A stretch of 64,000 bases of DNA from Candidatus Saccharimonadota bacterium (GTDB taxonomy: Bacteria; Patescibacteriota; Saccharimonadia; Saccharimonadales; Saccharimonadaceae): assembly GCA_017613135.1 (NCBI GenBank), contig JAGAEN010000018.1, forward strand, positions 956 to 64,955, given 5' to 3'. Shown one piece after another: positions 26,965 through 34,557 of this stretch. Both the position numbers and the translations under genes were made by a program. How positions within the stretch are numbered: the stretch's first letter is position 1; each line of letters opens with the position of its first letter. The notes under the pieces were generated by a model. It did not search any database and was not told where the DNA came from. It saw only the letters and a list, made by a program, of their open reading frames with translations.

Positions 26965-28431
26965 TTATTTCTTTTTGATAGGCGGAATGGGTGGCTCTTT
27001 TTTGTCTGATTTTAGTTTCAGGGCACGAAGGAGTTTTTGACGGGCGTGGGGAGTAATGATGCGGTCGAGCCAAGAAGTCTTAGGAGTTTGGTTCTTAGAA
27101 GTCAGAATTTCGACAATGTCGCCTTGTTCTAATTTTTTATTGAGATTACTCATCTTGCCGTTGATTTTAACACCGACGACGTGGTCGCCGATTTCGGAAT
27201 GAAGACGATAGGCAAAATCTAATGGCATCGCACCAGCAGGGAGGTCGATGATGTCGCCTTTTGGAGTATAGACAAAAATCTTATCGGCAAAGAGATTGAG
27301 TTTGAGTTTTTTGAGATCGACTTTTTTGCCTTCACGAAGCCGCGCGGCGGTGGTTTGGAGTTCGGTGATCCAAAGTAGATTGGTCGGAAGATGTTCTATC
27401 TTCCCTTTTTTGTAATTTTCGGTGAGTTTCTGCTCGTTGTAATAGAAACTGGCGGCGAGACCACGCTCGGCGTATTCGTGCATTTCTTTAGTTCGAATTT
27501 GAAACTCAACTACGCGCGTGTCTTTGGTGATAACGGTAGTGTGGAGCGACTGATACCCGTTTTGTTTTGGCATAGCAATATAATCTTTGATGCGGCCACC
27601 CATAGGAGTGTAGAGCGAATGAATAACGCCAAGGGTAAGATAGCAGTCGGTGATGTCATCAACGATTACGCGGAGAGCAGTAAGGTCGTAAATCTCGCCC
27701 ATATTTTGATTGTGCTTGGCGAGTTTTTTGTGAAGTGAATAAACTGATTTGACGCGACCGGAAATAGTGAAATTGATTTTTTCTTTTTTAAGTGCGGCTG
27801 AGACTTCGTCTTCGATTTTTTGGAGAGATTTAGCGGCGGATTTATTATATTTCTCGATTAAGTTTTTGAGCTCTTCATAGCGGCGGGGGTCAACATATTT
27901 AAAAGCAAGGTCGGCCATCTCAACGCGGAGACGTCCCATATTGAGACGATCAGCAAGTGGCGCGAAAACTTCCAAGGATTCCTTAGCGATTTTTTTCTGC
28001 TTGTCGGGAGGGAGGGCGGAAAGAGTACGGAGATTGTGGAGACGGTCGGCGAGTTTGATAATGAGCACCCTAATGTCGCTACCGAGCGCAATCATAAGCC
28101 TCAGAAAATTATCTTTGGTTTCAGGGAGATAGGTATCGATGTCACGCATACCGTTACGAGCCGTGGAAAGTTTGGTTACGCCATCGACGAGAAAGGCTAC
28201 GGATTCGCCAAATTCTTTTTTGATGTCGTTTAGCGTTAGTGGGGTGTCCTCAACGGTATCGTGAAGGATGCCAGCAATAATGGTGTCTTCGTCCATGCCC
28301 CATTCTTCAAGAATTTTTTTGACAGCCAAAGGGTGCACAATGTAGGGCTCGCCGGTCTTTCGGAATTGGCCTTCGTGAGCTTTTTTAGCCACTTCAATCG
28401 CGTACTTAATCCGCTCGGAATCTTGCTTCAT
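26965..28431 (-). CDS. relA: Bifunctional (p)ppGpp synthetase/hydrolase, RelA/SpoT homolog, short form
   Basis: HD motif HDTVEDT, a RelA_SpoT synthetase region, and a TGS domain. No ACT domain. Confidence 0.9.
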   Translation of the reverse strand: MKQDSERIKYAIEVAKKAHEGQFRKTGEPYIVHPLAVKKILEEWGMDEDTIIAGILHDTVEDTPLTLNDIKKEFGESVAFLVDGVTKLSTARNGMRDIDTYLPETKDNFLRLMIALGSDIRVLIIKLADRLHNLRTLSALPPDKQKKIAKESLEVFAPLADRLNMGRLRVEMADLAFKYVDPRRYEELKNLIEKYNKSAAKSLQKIEDEVSAALKKEKINFTISGRVKSVYSLHKKLAKHNQNMGEIYDLTALRVIVDDITDCYLTLGVIHSLYTPMGGRIKDYIAMPKQNGYQSLHTTVITKDTRVVEFQIRTKEMHEYAERGLAASFYYNEQKLTENYKKGKIEHLPTNLLWITELQTTAARLREGKKVDLKKLKLNLFADKIFVYTPKGDIIDLPAGAMPLDFAYRLHSEIGDHVVGVKINGKMSNLNKKLEQGDIVEILTSKNQTPKTSWLDRIITPHARQKLLRALKLKSDKKEPPIPPIKKK

Positions 28432-28437
28432 ATAAAT

Positions 28438-28446
28438 ATTATAGCA
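28438..28446 (-). promoter_or_regulatory. TGCTATAAT, 6 nt from the relA ATG (leaderless)
   Basis: The rc reads TGCTATAAT atttat ATG. Confidence 0.5.
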
Positions 28447-28488
28447 CCCTAAAATTTACAAAAACTTTCTCGGGTTTGCTCAATGCTC

Positions 28489-29337
28489 TTAAATTATTAG
28501 TTTTTTAATTATAGCTTTCAGGTTGGCGTCGGTTTTACACTTGAAAGTGAGCGAATGGTTACGAATAACGACGGGGACGCCGAATTTTTTGGAAAGAGCG
28601 TCTTCGTCTTTGTGGGATTCGTGGCGCTTGATGAGGGCGGCGCTGGATTTTTTCTTGGTGTCTTGGAAGTAACGCTCAACTTTTCTGGCGGTCCAACCTT
28701 CTTTGATGATTTTGGGGAGGACTTTTTTGATAGTCGCCTCGTCGCGTGCCACGAGTGGGCGCATCACACCTTCTGTAAGTTTCTCCTTGACCATGATTTT
28801 CTTGACGTCATCGGGGAGATTCAAAAGGCGCATCGTGCCCTGGATGGAGGCTTCGCTTTTGCCGACTTTGGCAGAAATTTCCTCGATGGATAAATTAAAC
28901 TGGGTTTTTAATTTAGCATAGGCAGTGGCAAGCTCGATAGCATTTAAATCTTCACGCTGAGCGTTTTCGATGATGGAGAGTTCGAGGCGATTTTGAGAAT
29001 CGAGAGTACGGATGATGGCGGGGATTTTCTTAAGTCCAGCGAGTTTCGACGCGCGCCAACGACGTTCGCCGGCGACAATTTTGTATTTGCCGTCTTCCTT
29101 GGTGACAACAATAGGCTGTAAGACGCCGTGCTCTTTGATGGAAGTTGCGAGAGCCTCGATGGCTTCCTCATTAAATTCACGACGAGGTTGCTCATCGTCT
29201 GGGATAATATCTTCTAATTTTAATGATTTTAGTTCGCTGGAAACTTTGTCTTCCACGGCGGTTAAATCAAATTCTTCATCTACGAGGTCGGTAGGAATGA
29301 GTGACTCAAACCCGCGACCGAGACCTTTATTTGCCAT
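28489..29337 (-). CDS. parB: Chromosome partitioning protein ParB
   Basis: GLGRGFESLIP, LQPIVV, and AGERRWRA motifs. Confidence 0.9.
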   Translation of the reverse strand: MANKGLGRGFESLIPTDLVDEEFDLTAVEDKVSSELKSLKLEDIIPDDEQPRREFNEEAIEALATSIKEHGVLQPIVVTKEDGKYKIVAGERRWRASKLAGLKKIPAIIRTLDSQNRLELSIIENAQREDLNAIELATAYAKLKTQFNLSIEEISAKVGKSEASIQGTMRLLNLPDDVKKIMVKEKLTEGVMRPLVARDEATIKKVLPKIIKEGWTARKVERYFQDTKKKSSAALIKRHESHKDEDALSKKFGVPVVIRNHSLTFKCKTDANLKAIIKKLII

Positions 29338-30106
29338 TTATTCTTTCCTCCACTTCTTTAGTAAATTCTTTATAGGCTTTGGCGCCTTTGCTAAACTTAT
29401 CGTATGCTCCAACCGGCACGCCGTGAGAAGGGGCTTCGGCGAGACGGACGTTACGCGGAATAGTAGTCCTGAAGGTCAAATCTTTGAAGTATTTCTTGAT
29501 TTCGGCGAGAACCTGAGAAGAAAGGCTGGTGCGTTTGTCGTACATCGTGGCGACCACACCGAGAAGACGGAGCTTAGGGTTGGCTTGTTTCATTACGAGC
29601 TTCATAGATTCAAGAAGTTGCGCCACGCCTTCGAGAGCGTAAAACTCAGTCTGGACTGGTAAAAGTAAATAGTCTGAAGCAATCATACCGTTGACGGTAA
29701 GAAGTGATAGGCTAGGCGGTAAATCGATGACGATATAATCGTAGTTCTCTCTCACAGTATTAATAGCGTCGCGGAGGCGGACAAATTTTTTGTTCATATT
29801 AGTAATCTCGACTTCGGTGTTGGCGAGTTCTGGGGTGGTGGGGGCGAGGTCGTAGTTTTTGTACTTAGTATTTCTAATACAATCCGCCATATTGATAGTG
29901 CCAAGAATCACTTCGGTCATGGTGGGGCCGAGGTCTCCACTATTTTTATCGATACCGAGGCCAGAAGTGGCGTTACCTTGGGGGTCAAAATCAACGAGAA
30001 GAGTGCGTTTTTTATTCTTCGCAAGATAATAGCAAAGATTTACGGCGGTGGTGGTCTTCCCTACGCCGCCTTTTTGATTAGTTACACAAATTACCTTCGC
30101 ACTCAT
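29327..30106 (-). CDS. parA: Chromosome partitioning ATPase ParA/Soj
   Basis: Deviant Walker A NQKGGVGKTT. 259 aa. Confidence 0.92.
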   Translation of the reverse strand: MSAKVICVTNQKGGVGKTTTAVNLCYYLAKNKKRTLLVDFDPQGNATSGLGIDKNSGDLGPTMTEVILGTINMADCIRNTKYKNYDLAPTTPELANTEVEITNMNKKFVRLRDAINTVRENYDYIVIDLPPSLSLLTVNGMIASDYLLLPVQTEFYALEGVAQLLESMKLVMKQANPKLRLLGVVATMYDKRTSLSSQVLAEIKKYFKDLTFRTTIPRNVRLAEAPSHGVPVGAYDKFSKGAKAYKEFTKEVEERINGK

Positions 30107-30125
30107 AATGCTTATATTATATCAT

Positions 30126-30152
30126 AAAATAAGCCCCGTGGGGCTTATTTTT
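30126..30152 (-). terminator. Terminator after rplU
   Basis: aaataagcccc gt ggggcttattt, flanked by runs. Confidence 0.6.
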
Positions 30153-30459
30153 ATTTAATTGAAGTAATTTCAATCTCAGAGTATTTTTGGCGATGGCCGG
30201 TCTCTTTGTGAACACGCTTTTTGCTGTGGTAGCGGATGACGCGGATTTTGTCGCCTTTAACTTCTTCGGTTTTTACTTTGGCTGAAACTTTCACGCCTTT
30301 CACTGTAGGGGTGCCGACAGTAGTCTTGTCGCCATCGATTACGAGTAAAGCATCAGTTTCGAGCTCTTTGGTGCCTGCCGGGAGGAGGTCCACCCGTAGG
30401 GTCTCTTTTTCCACGACGAGATATTGCTTCCCGCCAACGAGGATAACTGCTTTCTTCAT
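30151..30459 (-). CDS. rplU: 50S ribosomal protein L21
   Basis: MKKAVILVGGKQYLV signature. Confidence 0.9.
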   Translation of the reverse strand: MKKAVILVGGKQYLVVEKETLRVDLLPAGTKELETDALLVIDGDKTTVGTPTVKGVKVSAKVKTEEVKGDKIRVIRYHSKKRVHKETGHRQKYSEIEITSIK

Positions 30460-30499
30460 ATTAATCCTTTAATTAGTTTGATATATTATATCACACTAT

Positions 30500-31831
30500 T
30501 TAAGATTTGGGAAGACTACCTTGGTCGCCGCCAGAAACTTTGTTTTCGACGGACTTTAAGGTCTTCCTGGTACGATAGTAATAGAAGCCACCACCACAAA
30601 TACCAAGAATTATAATGATAGCGAGTGTTATTTCGACGGGGCCGGTGGTGACGATTTCTTCAGGAGTTTCGGGCTCGGGTTCTGGTTCTGGCTCCGGTTC
30701 GGGCTCGGGTTCTGGTTCTGGCTCTGGTTCGGGCTCGGTGGTAGGATCGCATTTTACAGTGACACTAGCATTGTCTTCTCTTAATAAATTAGAATTAAAT
30801 TTGGCAGTAATGGTGTTTTTTAGGGTTTTATCACAGTAGCTCGTGTCAGTTGATACTTTAGATTGATAAACTATTTGGATAAGAGCACCAGCGGCAGCAT
30901 CGCCTGTATTGTAGCCACTTAAATCCAATATGTCATCTATAACTTTTCCATTGACGTTATTGACATCGAAAACTTTGGTGCTACCAGATTTAAGACTGAG
31001 CCCATTGTCGTGGGTATCTTTGAAAATAACATTGGTCAATTTAGTATTGCCAGTGTTATTAAACTTCACTTTATAGGTAACATAGTCGCCTGGTTTTACA
31101 GTCACATTTTTGGACCAATTCACGCCATCGGTCGAAACCATTTTTTCAAGTGAGGCATCGGTTTTTTCAGCAACGAGAGTGTAAGTAATATAACCAGAGT
31201 ATTCTGCACAGCCTGGAATAGTGCCGGCTAGTTTATTGTAGCCAATCGGCGTACCATCTTTGGTGAAGAGCGCGGACGGAAGAACAGAACCGTTAGCTTT
31301 ACCACCATTATGAATAATAGCGGTACCGGTTTTGTACCTTAACGTGACATTATTAGATTTGGTAGTAACATAGGCTTCATCCCACACGGTGCCAGTATTC
31401 ACGCTATCATCACTTGGTTTTACATAGCTCCAAGAAATGATACCAGAAACCATACCTCGCTCTCCCGCAGAGATGGTAGTCGGATAGGCCGATGAAAGCT
31501 TGGTGTTAGTAGCTATGCCATAGCCGGTAGCATTGGTGCTGGAAGAGGCGTCATTATGGTAATAAATATATACTTCATATTCCTTACCAGGGACTATCTC
31601 TATCTCATCTGTGTATGGAGCGGTGGAGTCGGCTTCGCCAATCCTGACGAAGTTGCGTTCGTCGCCTACTGCAGCATTATTAGTGATTGAGTTGAAGGTT
31701 GCATAAGTAGCGGGTGATTCATTGGTATAGGTTGGGCGTTCGGGACCCCAAGCTGAAGTTGAGCTGACTATGCAACATGTCGAGAGAACCGTCAGCATTG
31801 CTACTATTGTTTTTGTAAGAATCTTTTTCAT
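30500..31831 (-). CDS. Secreted, C-terminally anchored surface protein with DUF11-like repeat domain and (PE)n linker
   Basis: Signal peptide MKKILTKTIVAMLTVLSTCC after AAAGGAAG. GDYVTYKVKFNNTGNTKLTNV is DUF11-like. A PEPEPE linker precedes a TM helix. Confidence 0.65.
   Translation of the reverse strand: MKKILTKTIVAMLTVLSTCCIVSSTSAWGPERPTYTNESPATYATFNSITNNAAVGDERNFVRIGEADSTAPYTDEIEIVPGKEYEVYIYYHNDASSSTNATGYGIATNTKLSSAYPTTISAGERGMVSGIISWSYVKPSDDSVNTGTVWDEAYVTTKSNNVTLRYKTGTAIIHNGGKANGSVLPSALFTKDGTPIGYNKLAGTIPGCAEYSGYITYTLVAEKTDASLEKMVSTDGVNWSKNVTVKPGDYVTYKVKFNNTGNTKLTNVIFKDTHDNGLSLKSGSTKVFDVNNVNGKVIDDILDLSGYNTGDAAAGALIQIVYQSKVSTDTSYCDKTLKNTITAKFNSNLLREDNASVTVKCDPTTEPEPEPEPEPEPEPEPEPEPEPETPEEIVTTGPVEITLAIIIILGICGGGFYYYRTRKTLKSVENKVSGGDQGSLPKS
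30671..30738 (-). repeat. Tandem 30-nt (6-nt sub-period) repeat encoding (EP)n
   Basis: gggctcgggttctggttctggctc[c/t]ggttc, about 2.3 copies. Confidence 0.8.
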
Positions 31832-31847
31832 CTTGCTTCCTTTCATT

Positions 31848-33563
31848 TTAATAATCCATCCCCGCTCTTTCACTGGCTGAAGCGCCGGCGTTTCCAGCAG
31901 ATTCTGCGGCGTTAGCGGCAGCTTCTTCATCGGCTCTTCTTTGTGCCTCTTGTCTGGCGGCTTCTTCAGCTTGACGCTGACGTTCAGCTTCCTCGGCGGC
32001 AGCTTGTTCTCTAGCAGCCTGTTCGGCGGCTTGACGAGCGGCCTCCTCGGCTTTACGTTGGCGTTCAGCTTCCTCGGCGGCAGCTTTTTCTTCAGCTTCT
32101 TTTCTAGCAGCTTCCTCGGCAGCGCGACGAGCTTCTGCTTCCGCAGCAGCTTGGCGCTCGGCTTCTTCTTGCTCTCTTCTTATCCTTTCGGCTTCTTGTC
32201 TTCTAGCTTCATCTTCTTGTCTTTGTCGCTCCATATCATCGAAATTGGCTTGGTCTTCTTCTTGTTTTGTCGGCGGAGTTACGCTTTCGTCAAGCCCAGT
32301 CGGATTAACGCGTGGTCCGGCGTGCTCAGTTTCCTGACTTGGATCTTTGGTAGCTAGTGGAGTTGGGGTTGGAGTTGGGGTTTCTGGGGTTGGAGTTGGG
32401 GTTTCTGGGGTTGGAGTTGGGGTTTCTGGGGTTGGAGTTGGGGTTTCTGGGGTTGGAGTTTTTTTGCCGCGACGCAAAACTTCTAAACCTCCGATATGGC
32501 CATTTACCTCACCCTTCTCATTAGCAGAAGTGCGACGAATATTAACTAGCATCGAGCCAGTTTCCATACCATCTTTGTCTACCCAGTAAAATTCGACGAC
32601 CTCAACACCTGGGCCAATTCCTCTGTCAACGAGTTGCATATTTTCGTGTACTACTGCCCCATTTTTGTCTTTGAGTAACATGCCGTAGTGATGATAATCA
32701 TACTTGGTAATTGTGGTACGGGTGAGGGCCTCATCTAATGCATGCATTGCCTGAGCTTTAACTTCTTCATATTCATCAGGGCTGAGAGCTTCTAATTTTT
32801 TCTCGATGGCACGAGGCTTTAGTCCATAAAAACCTTCTGGGCATAAGTCTTTCGGAAACTCAGCCATATAATCGGCGAGGCTTTCTACTTGATTATCAGC
32901 AGTGTATTTGAGCATTTCTACTTCATCGTGGTCGCATACTTCGCTGACTTCTTTGGCATCACCATAATCATAGTCATGGTCCTTGTTCTTAGACAACCAG
33001 AGCCCTGGCTTATCATAGCCATCTTTGATGCCTTTCTCTGTTTCGGCAGTTTCTGTAATAGACGGGCGCTCTTCTTGGCCCACTTGTCCGATTCTATTAT
33101 TGAACCCGTCGGTGGCAATGCCAACTCCAATTAGCCCAGCTAGCGCAATAGTTGTTACTCCTATTATGACGCTGCGGAAAGATGAATTGTTTTTGGCTTT
33201 TTTCTTGACGTATTCAATTTTTGCCCTACGTGGAGCTTCTGGAGAATTGTTTTCATCGACGTTTTCGTCGACGTCTTCTTCGACGTCTTCCGATTCGTCA
33301 GTTTGTGGCGATTCTTCTAGCTTTGAATTCGGATTATTGTATTTATTTTCTTCGCTTTGTATGGCGGAAAGTCTTCGAAGAATTGCTATTTCCTCTTCGA
33401 TTTTGGCTCTTTTGGCCAACAGTAATTCTCTCTCTTTCATGAGAGCATCTCTTTTTGCAACGTCAAGAGTCATGCTTCCACGCTCTTTTGATATGTCACG
33501 CGATAACTCTTTGTTAGAATCCAACTCTACTTGATTGACAAATTCTGGGTTAGGCATTTTCAC
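31848..33563 (-). CDS. Membrane-anchored protein with TPTPETP repeats and long Ala/Glu/Arg/Gln-rich (TolA-like) C-terminus
   Basis: 571 aa. N-terminal coiled coil, TM helix IIGVTTIALAGLIGVGIA, a central globular region, and low-complexity tails. Confidence 0.6.
   Translation of the reverse strand: MKMPNPEFVNQVELDSNKELSRDISKERGSMTLDVAKRDALMKERELLLAKRAKIEEEIAILRRLSAIQSEENKYNNPNSKLEESPQTDESEDVEEDVDENVDENNSPEAPRRAKIEYVKKKAKNNSSFRSVIIGVTTIALAGLIGVGIATDGFNNRIGQVGQEERPSITETAETEKGIKDGYDKPGLWLSKNKDHDYDYGDAKEVSEVCDHDEVEMLKYTADNQVESLADYMAEFPKDLCPEGFYGLKPRAIEKKLEALSPDEYEEVKAQAMHALDEALTRTTITKYDYHHYGMLLKDKNGAVVHENMQLVDRGIGPGVEVVEFYWVDKDGMETGSMLVNIRRTSANEKGEVNGHIGGLEVLRRGKKTPTPETPTPTPETPTPTPETPTPTPETPTPTPTPLATKDPSQETEHAGPRVNPTGLDESVTPPTKQEEDQANFDDMERQRQEDEARRQEAERIRREQEEAERQAAAEAEARRAAEEAARKEAEEKAAAEEAERQRKAEEAARQAAEQAAREQAAAEEAERQRQAEEAARQEAQRRADEEAAANAAESAGNAGASASERAGMDY
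32359..32460 (-). repeat. Tandem 21-nt repeat (about 4.8 copies) encoding TPETPTP
   Basis: ggagttggggtttctggggtt repeated head to tail. Confidence 0.85.
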
Positions 33564-33876
33564 CTCCTAAGAATTCTTGGCTAAATTTTGTCATGGTATC
33601 CGTAATGATTTGTTCTAGATTAACGTCGGCATTTTTAAAAAATATTTGAAAGGCCGTGGGATCATTTTCTTCTCGATCAAACATAGCGCTGATCTCATCT
33701 AGCTGGTCGTCGTCGAGACTACTAAAAATAGCTTCACTAACTTGATTATCTAGTTTTTTGATGTTTTCTTCGCGAAGCTCTTTCAGGGAGTCCGGGAATT
33801 GATTGACATATTTTTGGGCAATAAGCTGGTCGATAAATTTACCAAGAGTTTCACGCCCGATGAGATAATTTTCCAT
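33550..33876 (-). CDS. Hypothetical small acidic protein, first gene of the surface-protein operon
   Basis: 108-aa ORF that overlaps the downstream gene by 14 nt. Confidence 0.45.
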   Translation of the reverse strand: MENYLIGRETLGKFIDQLIAQKYVNQFPDSLKELREENIKKLDNQVSEAIFSSLDDDQLDEISAMFDREENDPTAFQIFFKNADVNLEQIITDTMTKFSQEFLGGENA

Positions 33877-33970
33877 AAAATTAATTTTGTGTTATTTTAT
33901 TGACCTTTCTGGTTTTAGTTTAGCATAAGCTTCTAAATTGGTCAAATGTTTTTTTAGTTTTTTGCAAAGT

Positions 33971-33997
33971 AAAAACCGAACATTTTGTTCGGTTTTT
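33971..33997. terminator. Bidirectional rho-independent terminator
   Basis: aaaaaccgaac atttt gttcggttttt. Confidence 0.65.
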
Positions 33998-34056
33998 ACT
34001 TATGGTTGTCTTTTTAGTCTGTTGTTGACGTTTTTATGGCTAGTTTTGGTTTTGGT

Positions 34057-34155
34057 TTACATGGAGTTAATAATAATAACTGCGACTTCGTAAACTAATT
34101 GTAGATTATTTACATTGGCAATCCTCCAAGTTAAATTTGATATTTTATCTTTCAA
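34057..34155 (-). CDS. Possible 32-aa small ORF (TTG start)
   Basis: GAAAGGAG lies 8 nt upstream of TTG. Peptide is MKDKISNLTWRIANVNNLQLVYEVAVIIINSM. Speculative. Confidence 0.2.
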   Translation of the reverse strand: MKDKISNLTWRIANVNNLQLVYEVAVIIINSM

Positions 34156-34199
34156 GGTACGAACTCCTTTCTGGTCTTATAATCTCGATTTATTTGAGA

Positions 34200-34352
34200 T
34201 TATAAGTTGCCGAAGAGAGCGATTTTACCGATTTTGATGTTGCGGCTTTTGATTTTCTCTATCGCCTCTTTACTAACTTCTGTTGGCGGGACATAGTCAG
34301 CTTCTTTGTCGTAGTATTCTAATTTTGGTATTTGGTAGGTGTTTGTCGCCAT
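34200..34352 (-). CDS. Small 50-aa protein
   Basis: ATG 34352 is preceded by AAGGAA. It has its own promoter, TTGACA (34460-34465) -17- TGCTATACT (34437-34445). Confidence 0.4.
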   Translation of the reverse strand: MATNTYQIPKLEYYDKEADYVPPTEVSKEAIEKIKSRNIKIGKIALFGNL

Positions 34353-34557
34353 ATTGTTTCCTTTTTTGTTTTTGTTAATTTTTGTTTTTATTTTGTTATT
34401 TGTTAGAATGTTTGTTTTATTTTCTAACTTAATTTCAGTATAGCACACTTGGGCGATTTTGTCAATACTTTTTATGCTAAATTTTGGCATTTTGTCAAAT
34501 TAACAGAGGAAAAAAATAAGAGTTTTTCAATGATAAAACCCGCTAAGGCAAATAGTT

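Noticed and set aside
29012-29662. 216-aa plus-strand ORF
   Set aside because: It is antisense to the well-supported parB and parA genes. The Ser/Arg-rich translation is typical of a shadow frame.
30615-30839. Gly-Ser and Gly-Val repeat ORFs on the plus strand (also 32347-32589 and 43866-44192)
   Set aside because: These are mirror frames of the (EP)n and (TPEP)n coding repeats in the minus-strand surface genes.
31941-32357. 138-aa plus-strand ORF rich in Leu/Ser/Phe (and 33025-33534)
   Set aside because: These are antisense shadows of the low-complexity Ala/Glu/Arg-rich region of the 571-aa minus-strand gene.
32359-32460. Regularly spaced short repeats that could be mistaken for a CRISPR array
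   Set aside because: They are contiguous 21-nt tandem units with no spacers, in frame inside a long ORF. No cas genes or leader are present.
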